From contig JAFRDQ010000065.1 of NCBI GenBank assembly GCA_017411225.1, positions 588 through 64,587 of the forward strand: a stretch of 64,000 nt of DNA. Direction: 5' to 3'. The stretch is from Oscillospiraceae bacterium (lineage in GTDB: Bacteria > Bacillota > Clostridia > Oscillospirales > Oscillospiraceae). Below the pieces are notes generated by a model that saw nothing but the letters and a program-made list of their open reading frames with translations, made no database searches and was not told the origin of the DNA. Positions 17,832 through 25,645 of the stretch are shown in pieces; positions within the stretch are counted from its first letter, which is position 1; each line of letters begins with the position of its first letter. Made by a program: the position numbers and the translations under genes.

Positions 17832-18671
17832 TCAGCCGTTGTTGGCCGCGACGAAAGCCTTGGCGGGCTCGTTGTCGATGATGACGCAGGTGAGCTTGCC
17901 GGAGACCAGCGCCTGCACGGCGTCAGCGCCCTTGTTGAAGGCCTGCACGTGCTCCTCGCCGAAGTCATCAGAGGCATAGATGAAGCCGGTGGTGGCGTTC
18001 TGGGTGCCGATCTGGATGTCCTCGCCGTCGTCCAGCAGGCTGAAGAGCTGGTCAACGGTCTCGATCGGGGAGTTCTCGGGAACGATGACAACCTGCACGC
18101 CGGTGGCGTAGCTCTCGGAGAAGCTGACGGACTGGAGGCGCTCGTCGGTGACGGTCATGCCGGCCATGCCCATGTCGACCTTGCCGGAGACAACCGCGGG
18201 GATGATGGCGTCAAAGTCCATGTCCTGAATGTCGAGCTTCATGCCGAGCTGGTCGGCGATCAGGCCGGCGACCACAGCGTCGATGCCAACGATGGCGTCG
18301 CCTTCCCAATACTCATAGGGAGGGAACGCGGCGTTGGTGGCCATGGTCAGGGTCTCGGCGTCAGCTGCGACGTCCTGCTGCACGGCGGGCAGCTCGCCCT
18401 CGCCGGAGACGTAGTAGTCCACGACCTGAGCGACGGTGCCGTCGGCGATCAGAGCGGTCAGCGCGGTGTTGATGCTGTCGAGCAGATCGGTGTTTTCCTT
18501 CGCGACGGCGATGGCGTAATCCTCGGTGACGTACTCGCTGTCCAGAATCTTGAGCTGGACGCTGGAGGCGGCGGCGGAGCCGTCAGCCGCGGGAGCGCTG
18601 TTGTTGCTGCCGCAGGCGGCGAGAGAAGCAACCATCAGCACAGCCAGAAGCAGGGTGATGAATTTTTTCAT
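17832..18671 (-). CDS. Amino-acid ABC transporter substrate-binding lipoprotein
   Basis: Start trimmed to MKKFITLLLAVLMVASLAACG (lipobox). Family-3 binding-protein-like. Confidence 0.88.
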   Translation of the reverse strand: MKKFITLLLAVLMVASLAACGSNNSAPAADGSAAASSVQLKILDSEYVTEDYAIAVAKENTDLLDSINTALTALIADGTVAQVVDYYVSGEGELPAVQQDVAADAETLTMATNAAFPPYEYWEGDAIVGIDAVVAGLIADQLGMKLDIQDMDFDAIIPAVVSGKVDMGMAGMTVTDERLQSVSFSESYATGVQVVIVPENSPIETVDQLFSLLDDGEDIQIGTQNATTGFIYASDDFGEEHVQAFNKGADAVQALVSGKLTCVIIDNEPAKAFVAANNG

Positions 18672-18746
18672 TTTGAATGTCCTCTTTTCATAACAGTTTT
18701 GGGATGGTTGCAGTTTAGCACCCGAATGCACGAAAGTCAAGAAAAG

Positions 18747-18786
18747 AATGCATTTTTATTCGCTGCATTCATATTTTTATGCAAGT
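18747..18786 (-). promoter_or_regulatory. Tandem ARG-box-like operators upstream of the amino-acid ABC transporter
   Basis: TGCATTTTTATTCG (TGMAT-N4-ATTCR) and TGCATTCATATTTTTATGCA, 75-115 nt upstream of the binding-protein start. Confidence 0.4.
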
Positions 18787-18918
18787 GCACATCAAAACAG
18801 CAGGGTATTTGCCGCTGTTTTGTATATGTTTTCACAGTTTTTGGGGCGTTTTGGATTGGTGGAATGAATATCGGATGAATATATACAATAGTTCCCTGCA
18901 ATTATGCAGGGAACCGGC

Positions 18919-18944
18919 GGGAGGGGCACGCCCCTCCCCTACGG
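18919..18944 (-). repeat. Solo REP-like hairpin (GGGAGGGGCACGCCCCTCCCCTACGG)
   Basis: Same head and stem as the ends of the REP doublets; lies 20 nt downstream of the argF stop. Confidence 0.85.
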
Positions 18945-18964
18945 ATTCTGTTTGCGTGCGGCAA

Positions 18965-19951
18965 TCATTCCAGCGTGGCGGCCATGACGGCCTTGATCGT
19001 GTGGAGGCGGTTTTCCGCCTCGTCGAAGACGATGCTCTGATCGCTCTCGAAGACCTCGTCCGTGACCTCGAGACAGTCGAGGCCATACCTCTCATAGATC
19101 GCGCGGCCGTTTTCGGTGCCGAGATCGTGGTAGGACGGGAGACAGTGCATGAAGCGGCACTGCGCACCGGCGGCGTCCATGAGCTCCTTCGTGACGCGGT
19201 AGGGCAGGAGATCGTGAATGCGCTCTTCCCAGACCGCCTCCGGCTCGCCCATGGAGACCCAGATGTCGGTATAGAGCACATGGGCGTCCTGCACGGCCTT
19301 CATCGGGTCGGTGATGAATTCCAGCACCGCGCCGGTCTCCTTCGCAATTGCCTGACACTCCGCAATCAGCGCGGCGTCCGGGAAGTATTTCTCCGGCGCG
19401 CAGGCGACGAAGTGCATGCCCATCTTGGCGCAGCCGACCATGAGGGAGTTGCCCATGTTATAGCGCGCATCGCCGAGATAGACGAGCTTGATCCCCTTGA
19501 GAGAGCCGAAGTGCTCGCGGATGGTGAGGAAGTCGGCGAGGATCTGCGTGGGGTGAAACTCGTTCGTGAGCCCGTTCCAGACGCGCACGCCCGCGTACTT
19601 TGCCAGCGCCTCCACCCGCTCCTGCTCAAAGCCGCGGTATTCGATGCCGTCGAACATTCTCCCCAGCACGCGGGCGGTGTCGGCTATCGACTCCTTCTTC
19701 CCGATCTGCGAGCCGCTCGGATCGAGATACACCGGGTGCATGCCGAGATCCGCCGCCGCCACCTCAAAGGCACACCGCGTGCGCGTGCTCGTCTTTTCAA
19801 AGATCAGGGCAATGCTTTTGCCCTCAAACAGACGATGCGGGACGCCGGATTTTTTCTTTTCCTTCAGATCGGCGGCAAGATCGAGGAATTCGTTGATCTC
19901 CGCCGGGGTGAAGTCGAGCAATTTCAGAAAATTTCTGCCTCTCAAAGACAT
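18965..19951 (-). CDS. argF: Ornithine carbamoyltransferase
   Basis: 328 aa with STRTRCAFE carbamoyl-phosphate motif, HPTQ, HCLP; arginine-biosynthesis context. Confidence 0.93.
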   Translation of the reverse strand: MSLRGRNFLKLLDFTPAEINEFLDLAADLKEKKKSGVPHRLFEGKSIALIFEKTSTRTRCAFEVAAADLGMHPVYLDPSGSQIGKKESIADTARVLGRMFDGIEYRGFEQERVEALAKYAGVRVWNGLTNEFHPTQILADFLTIREHFGSLKGIKLVYLGDARYNMGNSLMVGCAKMGMHFVACAPEKYFPDAALIAECQAIAKETGAVLEFITDPMKAVQDAHVLYTDIWVSMGEPEAVWEERIHDLLPYRVTKELMDAAGAQCRFMHCLPSYHDLGTENGRAIYERYGLDCLEVTDEVFESDQSIVFDEAENRLHTIKAVMAATLE

Positions 19952-19968
19952 GATGGTTTCTTCCCTTT

Positions 19969-20002
19969 CAAGTTGTTAGTTGTTAGTTTTAAGTTATAAG
20001 TT
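19969..20002. repeat. Heptamer-repeat arm (GTTGTTA/GTTATAA type), downstream arm flanking the four-helix-bundle gene
   Basis: caagttgttagttgttagttttaagttataagtt is complementary, with periodic mismatches, to 20366-20404. Overlaps the stop codon of the enclosed gene. Confidence 0.8.
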
Positions 20003-20350
20003 CCTAAGATTTTTCATGATTGCGTAAATCATTCTGCCCAGCTCATCGCAAAGCTGATTCGAACGGGAAGCGCGCGCTTCAGAAAAATAATTCAATCGAA
20101 TGCAAATTTCGAGCTGTGTTTCCACTTCCGCTCTGGATCCCTGAGCAATCGCCAAGAATCGCAGAAACTCTTTCTTGGACTCCCGCGCTTGCCCTTCCGC
20201 AATATTGGATGGAATGGAAATTGCCGCCCTTCTCATCTGATCTGAAAGCGCATATCGTTCTTCTTTCGGAAGCAATTTGATTAATCGATATATCTCCTCA
20301 ACAAGCTCCATGGCCTTTTGCCACACAGCTAACTCCTTATAACTCGCCAT
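19994..20350 (-). CDS. Four-helix-bundle protein (23S rRNA intervening-sequence protein family)
   Basis: 118 aa; YKELAVWQKAMELV ... RRAAISIPSNIAEGQAR ... GSRAEVETQL is the pattern typical of this family. Confidence 0.85.
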   Translation of the reverse strand: MASYKELAVWQKAMELVEEIYRLIKLLPKEERYALSDQMRRAAISIPSNIAEGQARESKKEFLRFLAIAQGSRAEVETQLEICIRLNYFSEARASRSNQLCDELGRMIYAIMKNLRNL

Positions 20351-20365
20351 CGTACATTAGCCCTT

Positions 20366-20404
20366 CAACTTACAACTTACAACTTACAACTTACAACAAT
20401 CAAC
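20366..20404. repeat. Heptamer-repeat arm (CAACTTA x4 + CAACAAT), upstream arm flanking the four-helix-bundle gene
   Basis: Four perfect 7-nt repeats. Overlaps the last 7 codons (VDCCKL plus stop) of argD. Confidence 0.85.
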
Positions 20405-21547
20405 TATAATTCCCGCCGCCTCTTTCAGCTGCTCCATCGGGATGTTCAGCGCCGGGAGCAGGCGGATCTTTTCCTTGGCCGTGAGGGCGAGGACGCCGCG
20501 TTCTCTCGCGGCGGCCAGAATCTCCGGCGCGGGCTTTGTCGTCTTGAGGCCGATCATGAGGCCGAGGCCGGAGACGCTCTCGATGCCCTCGGCGCCGGTG
20601 AAGATCTCGAACAGGTAGGCGCTCTTGGCGCGCACCTCGGAGAGCAGCTTGTCGTCAATGCGGCCAAGGACGCTGAGCGCGCCGGCGCAGGCCGCGGGGC
20701 TGCCGCCGGAGGTGGAGCCGTGGTCGCCGGGCTGAAAGACGTCCTGCACTTTCTCGCCAAACAGACACGCGCCGAGCGGGAGACCGCCGCCGAGCCCCTT
20801 CGCCGTGGTGACGAGATCGGGCTTGACGCCGAACTGCTCATAGGCATAGAGCGTGCCGGTGCGGCCGTTGCCGGTCTGCACCTCGTCGATGATGAGGAGA
20901 ATGTCATTTGCCTTGCAGAACGCCGCCGCGCCCTGCACGAAGGCGGGATCGAGCGCCGTGACGCCGCCCTCGCCCTGCACGCACTCCATCATGACGGCGG
21001 CGAGCTTATGGGTCTCAGCGGCTGCCTTGAGCGCGTCGAGATCGTTTGCGGGCGTGTGGACAAAGCCCGGCAGCAGCGGCTGGAACTGGGCGTGGTACTT
21101 GTCCTGCCCGGTGGCGGAGAGCGTCGCGAGCGTGCGGCCGTGGAAGCTCTTTTCGAGCGTGAGGATCGTGTAGGTATCAGCGCCCTTCGTCTGCGCTGCG
21201 TACTTGCGGGCGGCCTTGATGGCGCACTCGTTCGCCTCGGCGCCGGAGTTGGAGAAGAAAACGCGCTTCATGCCCGTGCGCTCGCAGAGGAGCTGCGCGA
21301 GGTTGGCGGCAGGGGCGGTATAAAACAGGTTCGAGATATGCTGCACGCGCCCCAGCTGCGCCGTGACGGCGGCGATCCACGCGGGATCGGCCACGCCGAA
21401 GGCGTCGACGCCAATGCCGCTGGTGAGGTCGATATAACGCTTGCCGGTCTCGTCGAACACCTCGGAGCCGCGGCCGGAGACGATCTCCACCGGGAAGCGG
21501 GCGTAGGTATGGGCGACGTAGGCCTGGTCGGTCTGTTTTGTGTTCAT
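20384..21547 (-). CDS. argD: Acetylornithine aminotransferase (class III PLP aminotransferase)
   Basis: Start trimmed to MNTKQTDQAYVAHTYARFPV (SD GGAGGAA). Motifs SNSGAEANE, DEVQTGNGRTG, TTAKGLGGG. Confidence 0.88.
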   Translation of the reverse strand: MNTKQTDQAYVAHTYARFPVEIVSGRGSEVFDETGKRYIDLTSGIGVDAFGVADPAWIAAVTAQLGRVQHISNLFYTAPAANLAQLLCERTGMKRVFFSNSGAEANECAIKAARKYAAQTKGADTYTILTLEKSFHGRTLATLSATGQDKYHAQFQPLLPGFVHTPANDLDALKAAAETHKLAAVMMECVQGEGGVTALDPAFVQGAAAFCKANDILLIIDEVQTGNGRTGTLYAYEQFGVKPDLVTTAKGLGGGLPLGACLFGEKVQDVFQPGDHGSTSGGSPAACAGALSVLGRIDDKLLSEVRAKSAYLFEIFTGAEGIESVSGLGLMIGLKTTKPAPEILAAARERGVLALTAKEKIRLLPALNIPMEQLKEAAGIIVDCCKL

Positions 21548-21572
21548 GGGGGCATTCCTCCATTCAAAGTGT

Positions 21573-21603
21573 AAAAGCGCTGAGACCAATCTAGTCTCAG
21601 CGC
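21573..21603 (-). terminator. Hairpin plus U-run between argH and argD (internal terminator or attenuator)
   Basis: On the minus strand: GCGCTGAGAC-tagattg-GTCTCAGCGC then TTTT, 25 nt upstream of the argD start. Confidence 0.55.
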
Positions 21604-21670
21604 AGGGTTTTGTCAAGGAAAATGGTGCGGATTTGCCGGAATGCGGCGATCCATTCGGCTGGTTCTGCGC

Positions 21671-21696
21671 GGGACGTCGAGGACGCCGTCCCCTAC
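21671..21696 (-). repeat. Solo REP-like hairpin (GGGACGTCGAGGACGCCGTCCCCTAC)
   Basis: Same stem as the hairpin at 9295-9321; sits between argH and argD. Confidence 0.8.
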
Positions 21697-21709
21697 AAAC
21701 CTCCGTTTG

Positions 21710-23086
21710 TCATGCGTCCAACTGATTGCGCACCCAGGCGATTTGGTTCTCGACGCTCTGCACCGAGGTGCCGCCGAGGCTGGAGCGCTTTTCGGCGCAG
21801 GCGGCGAGGTTGATCTCATCATAGAGATCGGCGTCAAACAGCTCGCTCTGCGCCTTGTATGCCTCAAGCGGGAGCTCCTCGAGCGTGACGCCCTTCTGGA
21901 TGCACGCGGCGACGAGCGCGCCGGAGATTTTATAGGCGCTGCGGAAGGGCATGCCCTTCTTCACGAGATAATCCGCGAGATCGGTCGCATTGATAAAGCC
22001 CGTCTGCGCAGCGCGGAGCATGTTATCGCTCTTCACGGTCATCGTCTCGATCATGGGCGCGAAGACCTTCAGGCACATTTTCACGGTGTCCACGGCGTCA
22101 AAGACGGCCTCCTTGTCCTCCTGCATGTCCTTATTATAGGCCAGCGGCAGGCCCTTGAGCGTGGTGAGCAGCGCCATCAGGTCTCCGTAGACCCGCCCCG
22201 TCTTGCCGCGGCAGAGCTCGGCCATGTCGGGGTTTTTCTTCTGCGGCATGATGCTCGAGCCGGTGGTGAAATCGTCCGAGAGGGAGATAAACTGAAACTC
22301 CCAGCTCGACCACAAAATCAGCTCCTCCGACAGGCGCGAGAGGTGCATCATCAGAATCGACCACGCGCTGAGCAGCTCCACGCAGAAATCCCGGTCGGAC
22401 ACGCCGTCGAGACTGTTTAACGCGACGGCATCGAAGCCGAGCGCCTCGGCCTCCATGATCCGGTCGGTGTCATAGGTCGTGCCGGCGAGGGCGCAGCAGC
22501 CGATGGGGCTGACGTTCATGCGAATCAAAGCGTCCTGCATCCGGTCGACGTCGCGCAGGAGCATCATGGCGTAGGCCATCAGGTGATGCCCGAACGTGAC
22601 GGGCTGGGCGCGCTGCAGGTGCGTATAGCCGGGCAGGATGTCCGCCTTGTGCGCCTCGGCCTGATCGGCGAGGGCGGTGATGAGCGCCTTCGTGAGCGCG
22701 ACAATCTCTCCCACCTCCGCGCGCAGATACATGCGCAGGTCGAGCGCGACCTGATCGTTGCGGCTGCGGGCGGTGTGCAGGCGCTTGCCGGTTTCGCCGA
22801 TGCGCTCGGTGAGCACCTGCTCGACAAACATGTGGATATCCTCGGCGGTCGGATCAATCTCAAGCGCGCCGGACTCCAGATCGTCCAGAATCGTCTGCAG
22901 CCCGTCGATGATCGCGTCAGCGTCCGATTTGGAGATGATATTCTTCGCGCCCAGCATCGCCGCATGCGCCATCGAGCCCTTGATGTCCTCGCGGTACATC
23001 CGACAGTCAAACCGGATGGAGGAGTTGAAATCATCTGCAATTTGATTGGTTTCCCCGGCAGTTCTTCCTGCCCAAAGTTTGCTCAT
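21710..23086 (-). CDS. argH: Argininosuccinate lyase
   Basis: 458 aa; fumarate-lyase signature GSSIMPQKKNPD; N-terminal LWAGR. Confidence 0.95.
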   Translation of the reverse strand: MSKLWAGRTAGETNQIADDFNSSIRFDCRMYREDIKGSMAHAAMLGAKNIISKSDADAIIDGLQTILDDLESGALEIDPTAEDIHMFVEQVLTERIGETGKRLHTARSRNDQVALDLRMYLRAEVGEIVALTKALITALADQAEAHKADILPGYTHLQRAQPVTFGHHLMAYAMMLLRDVDRMQDALIRMNVSPIGCCALAGTTYDTDRIMEAEALGFDAVALNSLDGVSDRDFCVELLSAWSILMMHLSRLSEELILWSSWEFQFISLSDDFTTGSSIMPQKKNPDMAELCRGKTGRVYGDLMALLTTLKGLPLAYNKDMQEDKEAVFDAVDTVKMCLKVFAPMIETMTVKSDNMLRAAQTGFINATDLADYLVKKGMPFRSAYKISGALVAACIQKGVTLEELPLEAYKAQSELFDADLYDEINLAACAEKRSSLGGTSVQSVENQIAWVRNQLDA

Positions 23087-23103
23087 ATGGTTTTCTCCCG
23101 TCA

Positions 23104-23178
23104 GAAAAAAGTAAGAATGAGGAATGAGGAATCTTCAGAACAGTGCATTCCTAATTCCTAATTCCTCATTCCTAATTC
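23104..23178. repeat. Long hairpin with 7-nt-periodic arms, copy H2, between argG and argH
   Basis: Arms aagaatgaggaatgaggaat and cattcctaattcctaattcctcattcctaatt. Read on the minus strand it is followed by TTTTTT. Confidence 0.8.
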
Positions 23179-23199
23179 AATTCGTGTTTCCCATTGCGG

Positions 23200-24414
23200 T
23201 TATTTTCCGTCCACAATCGCCTGCACCTGGATCGGCAGGCCGTAGAGGTTGATGAAGCCCTCGGCGTCCTTCTGGTTGTAGTCGCTCTCGCCGAAGGTGG
23301 CGATCTCCTCCGAGTAGAGGCTGTGCGGGCTCCAGATGCCGGCGGGGATGATGTTGCCTTTATAGAGCTTGAGCCGCACGGTGCCGGTGACGGTCTCCTG
23401 CGTCTTGTCGACGAAGGCGGAGAGCGCCTCGCGCAGGGGCGTGAACCACTGGCCGTTATAGACCAGCTCGCCGAACGTGATGGCGACGCGCTGCTTTTCG
23501 TGCGCGGTCATCTTATCGAGGCAGATGCTCTCGAGGAGCTTGTGCGCCTCATAGAGGATCTTGCCGCCGGGTGTCTCATACACGCCGCGGCACTTGATGC
23601 CGACGAGGCGGTTTTCCACGAGGTCCAGAAGGCCCACGCCGTTGGCGCCGCCGAGCTCGTTGAGCTTGAGGATGATGCCCTTCGGCGTCATGGCTTCGCC
23701 GTCGACCGCGACGGGGACGCCCTGCTCAAAGTCGATGGTGACATAGGTCGGCGCATCGGGGGCATGGATCGGGCTCACGCCCATCTCGAGGAAGCCCTCC
23801 TTCTCATAGGTCGGCTCGTTGCCGGGATCCTCGAGGTCGAGACCCTCGTGGCTCAGATGCCAGAGGTTCTTGTCCTTGGAATAGTTCGTCTCGCGGTTGA
23901 TGCGCAGCGGCACGTTGTGCGCCTCGGCGTAGTCGATCTCCTCTTCTCTGGATTTGATCGACCACTCTCTCCACGGGGCGATGATCGGCATGTTCGGCGC
24001 AAAGTGCTTGATGGCGAGCTCGAAGCGCACCTGATCGTTGCCCTTGCCGGTGCAGCCGTGGCAGATCGCGTCCGCGCCTTCCTTCATGGCGACGTCGACA
24101 AGGCCCTTCGCAATCAGCGGACGGGCCGTGGCGGTGCCGAGGAGATATTCCTCATACGCGGCGCCGGCCTTGAGGCAGGGCATGATGTAATCGGCGGCAT
24201 ACTCCTCCGTGAGATCGAGGACATAGAGCTTCGAGGCGCCGGTTTTGAGCGCCTTTTCCTCCAGACCCTCGAGCTCGTCCGCCTGACCGACGTTGCCGGA
24301 GACGGCGATGACCTCGCAGTTGTTGTAGTTCTCCTTCAGCCAGGGGATGATGACGGATGTATCCAGACCGCCGGAATAGGCGAGGACGACTTTTTTGATG
24401 TTTTCTTTCTTCAT
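23200..24414 (-). CDS. argG: Argininosuccinate synthase
   Basis: 404 aa; [13 protein letters not shown]-binding motif. Confidence 0.95.
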   Translation of the reverse strand: MKKENIKKVVLAYSGGLDTSVIIPWLKENYNNCEVIAVSGNVGQADELEGLEEKALKTGASKLYVLDLTEEYAADYIMPCLKAGAAYEEYLLGTATARPLIAKGLVDVAMKEGADAICHGCTGKGNDQVRFELAIKHFAPNMPIIAPWREWSIKSREEEIDYAEAHNVPLRINRETNYSKDKNLWHLSHEGLDLEDPGNEPTYEKEGFLEMGVSPIHAPDAPTYVTIDFEQGVPVAVDGEAMTPKGIILKLNELGGANGVGLLDLVENRLVGIKCRGVYETPGGKILYEAHKLLESICLDKMTAHEKQRVAITFGELVYNGQWFTPLREALSAFVDKTQETVTGTVRLKLYKGNIIPAGIWSPHSLYSEEIATFGESDYNQKDAEGFINLYGLPIQVQAIVDGK

Positions 24415-24428
24415 GACGGGTTCCTCCG

Positions 24429-24483
24429 TGAATAATTATGAATAGGATGTGCATATTATTCATCGAATGCAGAGAAAAGTCAA
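24429..24483 (-). promoter_or_regulatory. Putative arg operon promoter overlapped by ARG-box-like operators
   Basis: On the minus strand: TTGACT, ~18 nt spacer, TGaATAATA. AT-rich TGAAT/TGCAT half-sites (TGAATAATTATGAATA, TGCATATTATTCAT, CGAATGCA) span the -10 to the RBS. Confidence 0.45.
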
Positions 24484-24556
24484 GTGTTTATGCAGAAAAA
24501 GGTGGATAAAGATTTCCGCAGAATTGGATTTGTTTTGGTGATAACGTAGAAATCCC

Positions 24557-24657
24557 GGGACTGAGGGACGGACGGGACGGAGTTTTATATAGAGTATAAA
24601 AAAATATTTTAAAAAGAAAGTATTAGGAAACAGCGTCCAGTCCGTCCCTCAGTCCCG
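24557..24657. repeat. 24-nt GGGAC-rich inverted repeat enclosing a 53-nt extremely AT-rich spacer
   Basis: GGGACTGAGGGACGGACGGGACGG ... CGTCCAGTCCGTCCCTCAGTCCCG, arms imperfectly complementary (about 23 of 24). Lies between the divergent argG and small-ORF promoters. Confidence 0.8.
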
Positions 24658-24670
24658 CTGCACGCAGTTC

Positions 24671-24699
24671 TTGTTTTTCATGACTCGCCGTGGTATCAT
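24671..24699 (+). promoter_or_regulatory. Sigma-70-type promoter for the small membrane-protein gene
   Basis: TTGTTT, 17-nt spacer, TGgTATCAT (extended -10), 22 nt upstream of the ATG. Confidence 0.5.
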
Positions 24700-24720
24700 C
24701 TGGGGAAGAGGTGACGCAAC

Positions 24721-24960
24721 ATGAAAAAACAACTGCTCTCCATCGGCTGTGCGGTGTGCTTTGCCCTTCTGCTGACGGTCTCCGCCCTCGCGGCGGGGCT
24801 GGACAAGACGCCGGAGATGAACACGCAGGGCTTTCTGACGCTCGCGCTGATGAGCGGCGCGCTCGCCGTCGCCGTGGCGCTGATTTTGCAGTACGTCAAG
24901 AAGTTTCAGGAGATCAACCGGAAGGAAAAGCAGAATCAGAAGAAGAAAAAGAGAAAATAA
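24721..24960 (+). CDS. Small hypothetical membrane protein (two hydrophobic segments, Lys-rich tail)
   Basis: 79 aa, with its own promoter, SD and a strong terminator. No family recognised. Confidence 0.6.
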   Translation: MKKQLLSIGCAVCFALLLTVSALAAGLDKTPEMNTQGFLTLALMSGALAVAVALILQYVKKFQEINRKEKQNQKKKKRK

Positions 24961-24996
24961 ACGTGAGGCGAACGCGAATTCGCCTCACGTTTTTTA
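24961..24996 (+). terminator. Intrinsic terminator with a GAATTC core, same type as the core hairpin of the REP doublets
   Basis: acgtgaggcgaa-cgcgaa-ttcgcctcacgt followed by TTTTT. Confidence 0.85.
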
Positions 24997-25018
24997 TATT
25001 TTAGGAGCGCTGCTGCGC

Positions 25019-25043
25019 GGGCGGATGATATCCGCCCCTACGG
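25019..25043 (-). repeat. Solo REP-like hairpin (GGGCGGATGATATCCGCCCCTACGG) overlapping the msrA 3' end
   Basis: Same stem as the ends of the 8954-9464 cluster. The GTAG head contains the msrA TAG stop. Confidence 0.85.
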
Positions 25044-25610
25044 TTCTGTCTTGGTGCGCCAGTCGTCGAACATCTCCTGCGCGGGGCGGGTGTAGTCTTC
25101 CTCGCGGAAGGGATAGTCCCGCAGGAGCTGCATTTTTTTCGGCGAGACGTGGCAGTAGCCGCCGGGGTTCTTCTCGAGATACCGCTGGTGGTATTCCTCG
25201 GCGAGGCAGAACAGGCGAAGCTCCTCGAGCTCGGTGCAGAAGCCGGGGTGGCCGGGGCGCTCGACGTCCGCGACGGCGCGCACGATCTCGGCGTCCGCCT
25301 CGTCCGACCAGTAGACGCCGGACTGGTACTGGCTGCCCATGTCCATCCCCTGCCGGTGATACATGGCGGGGTCAATGATGTTGAAGAACACGAACAGCAG
25401 ACGGCGCAGGGAAATGACCTCCGGGTCATACGTCACCTGCACGGCCTCGCGAAAGCCGGTGAGCCCGGTGCAGACCTTCTCATAATCCGCCCACTCGGCC
25501 TTGCGGCCGTTGGCATAGCCGCTGTGCGCGGAGATAACGCCCGGAAGCTGGCGGTAGAGATGCTCCACAGCCCAGAAGCACCCGCCTGCAAGCACGATGG
25601 ATTTGGTCAT
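25038..25610 (-). CDS. msrA: Peptide-methionine (S)-S-oxide reductase
   Basis: 190 aa; IVLAGGCFWAVE active-site motif. Confidence 0.93.
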   Translation of the reverse strand: MTKSIVLAGGCFWAVEHLYRQLPGVISAHSGYANGRKAEWADYEKVCTGLTGFREAVQVTYDPEVISLRRLLFVFFNIIDPAMYHRQGMDMGSQYQSGVYWSDEADAEIVRAVADVERPGHPGFCTELEELRLFCLAEEYHQRYLEKNPGGYCHVSPKKMQLLRDYPFREEDYTRPAQEMFDDWRTKTEP

Positions 25611-25645
25611 ATCTCAAGGCCTCCGATCAATTTGATATCCACGCT

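Noticed and set aside
24501-24509. A DnaA-box-like TTATCCACC (minus strand) near the minus-to-plus gene-orientation switch at about 24.4-26.6 kb; a possible replication origin.
   Set aside because: It is a single 8/9 match with no cluster of boxes. There is no dnaA, dnaN or AT-rich unwinding arrangement beyond the GGGAC-flanked spacer. Gene orientation flips again several times further along the window.
24721-24960. The 79-aa protein looks like a signal peptide plus a sortase sorting signal (hydrophobic segment and Lys/Arg tail).
   Set aside because: No LPXTG-type motif is present; the nearest string is NTQG, with T not adjacent to G. The would-be mature part is only about 10 residues. It is more simply a two-helix small membrane protein.
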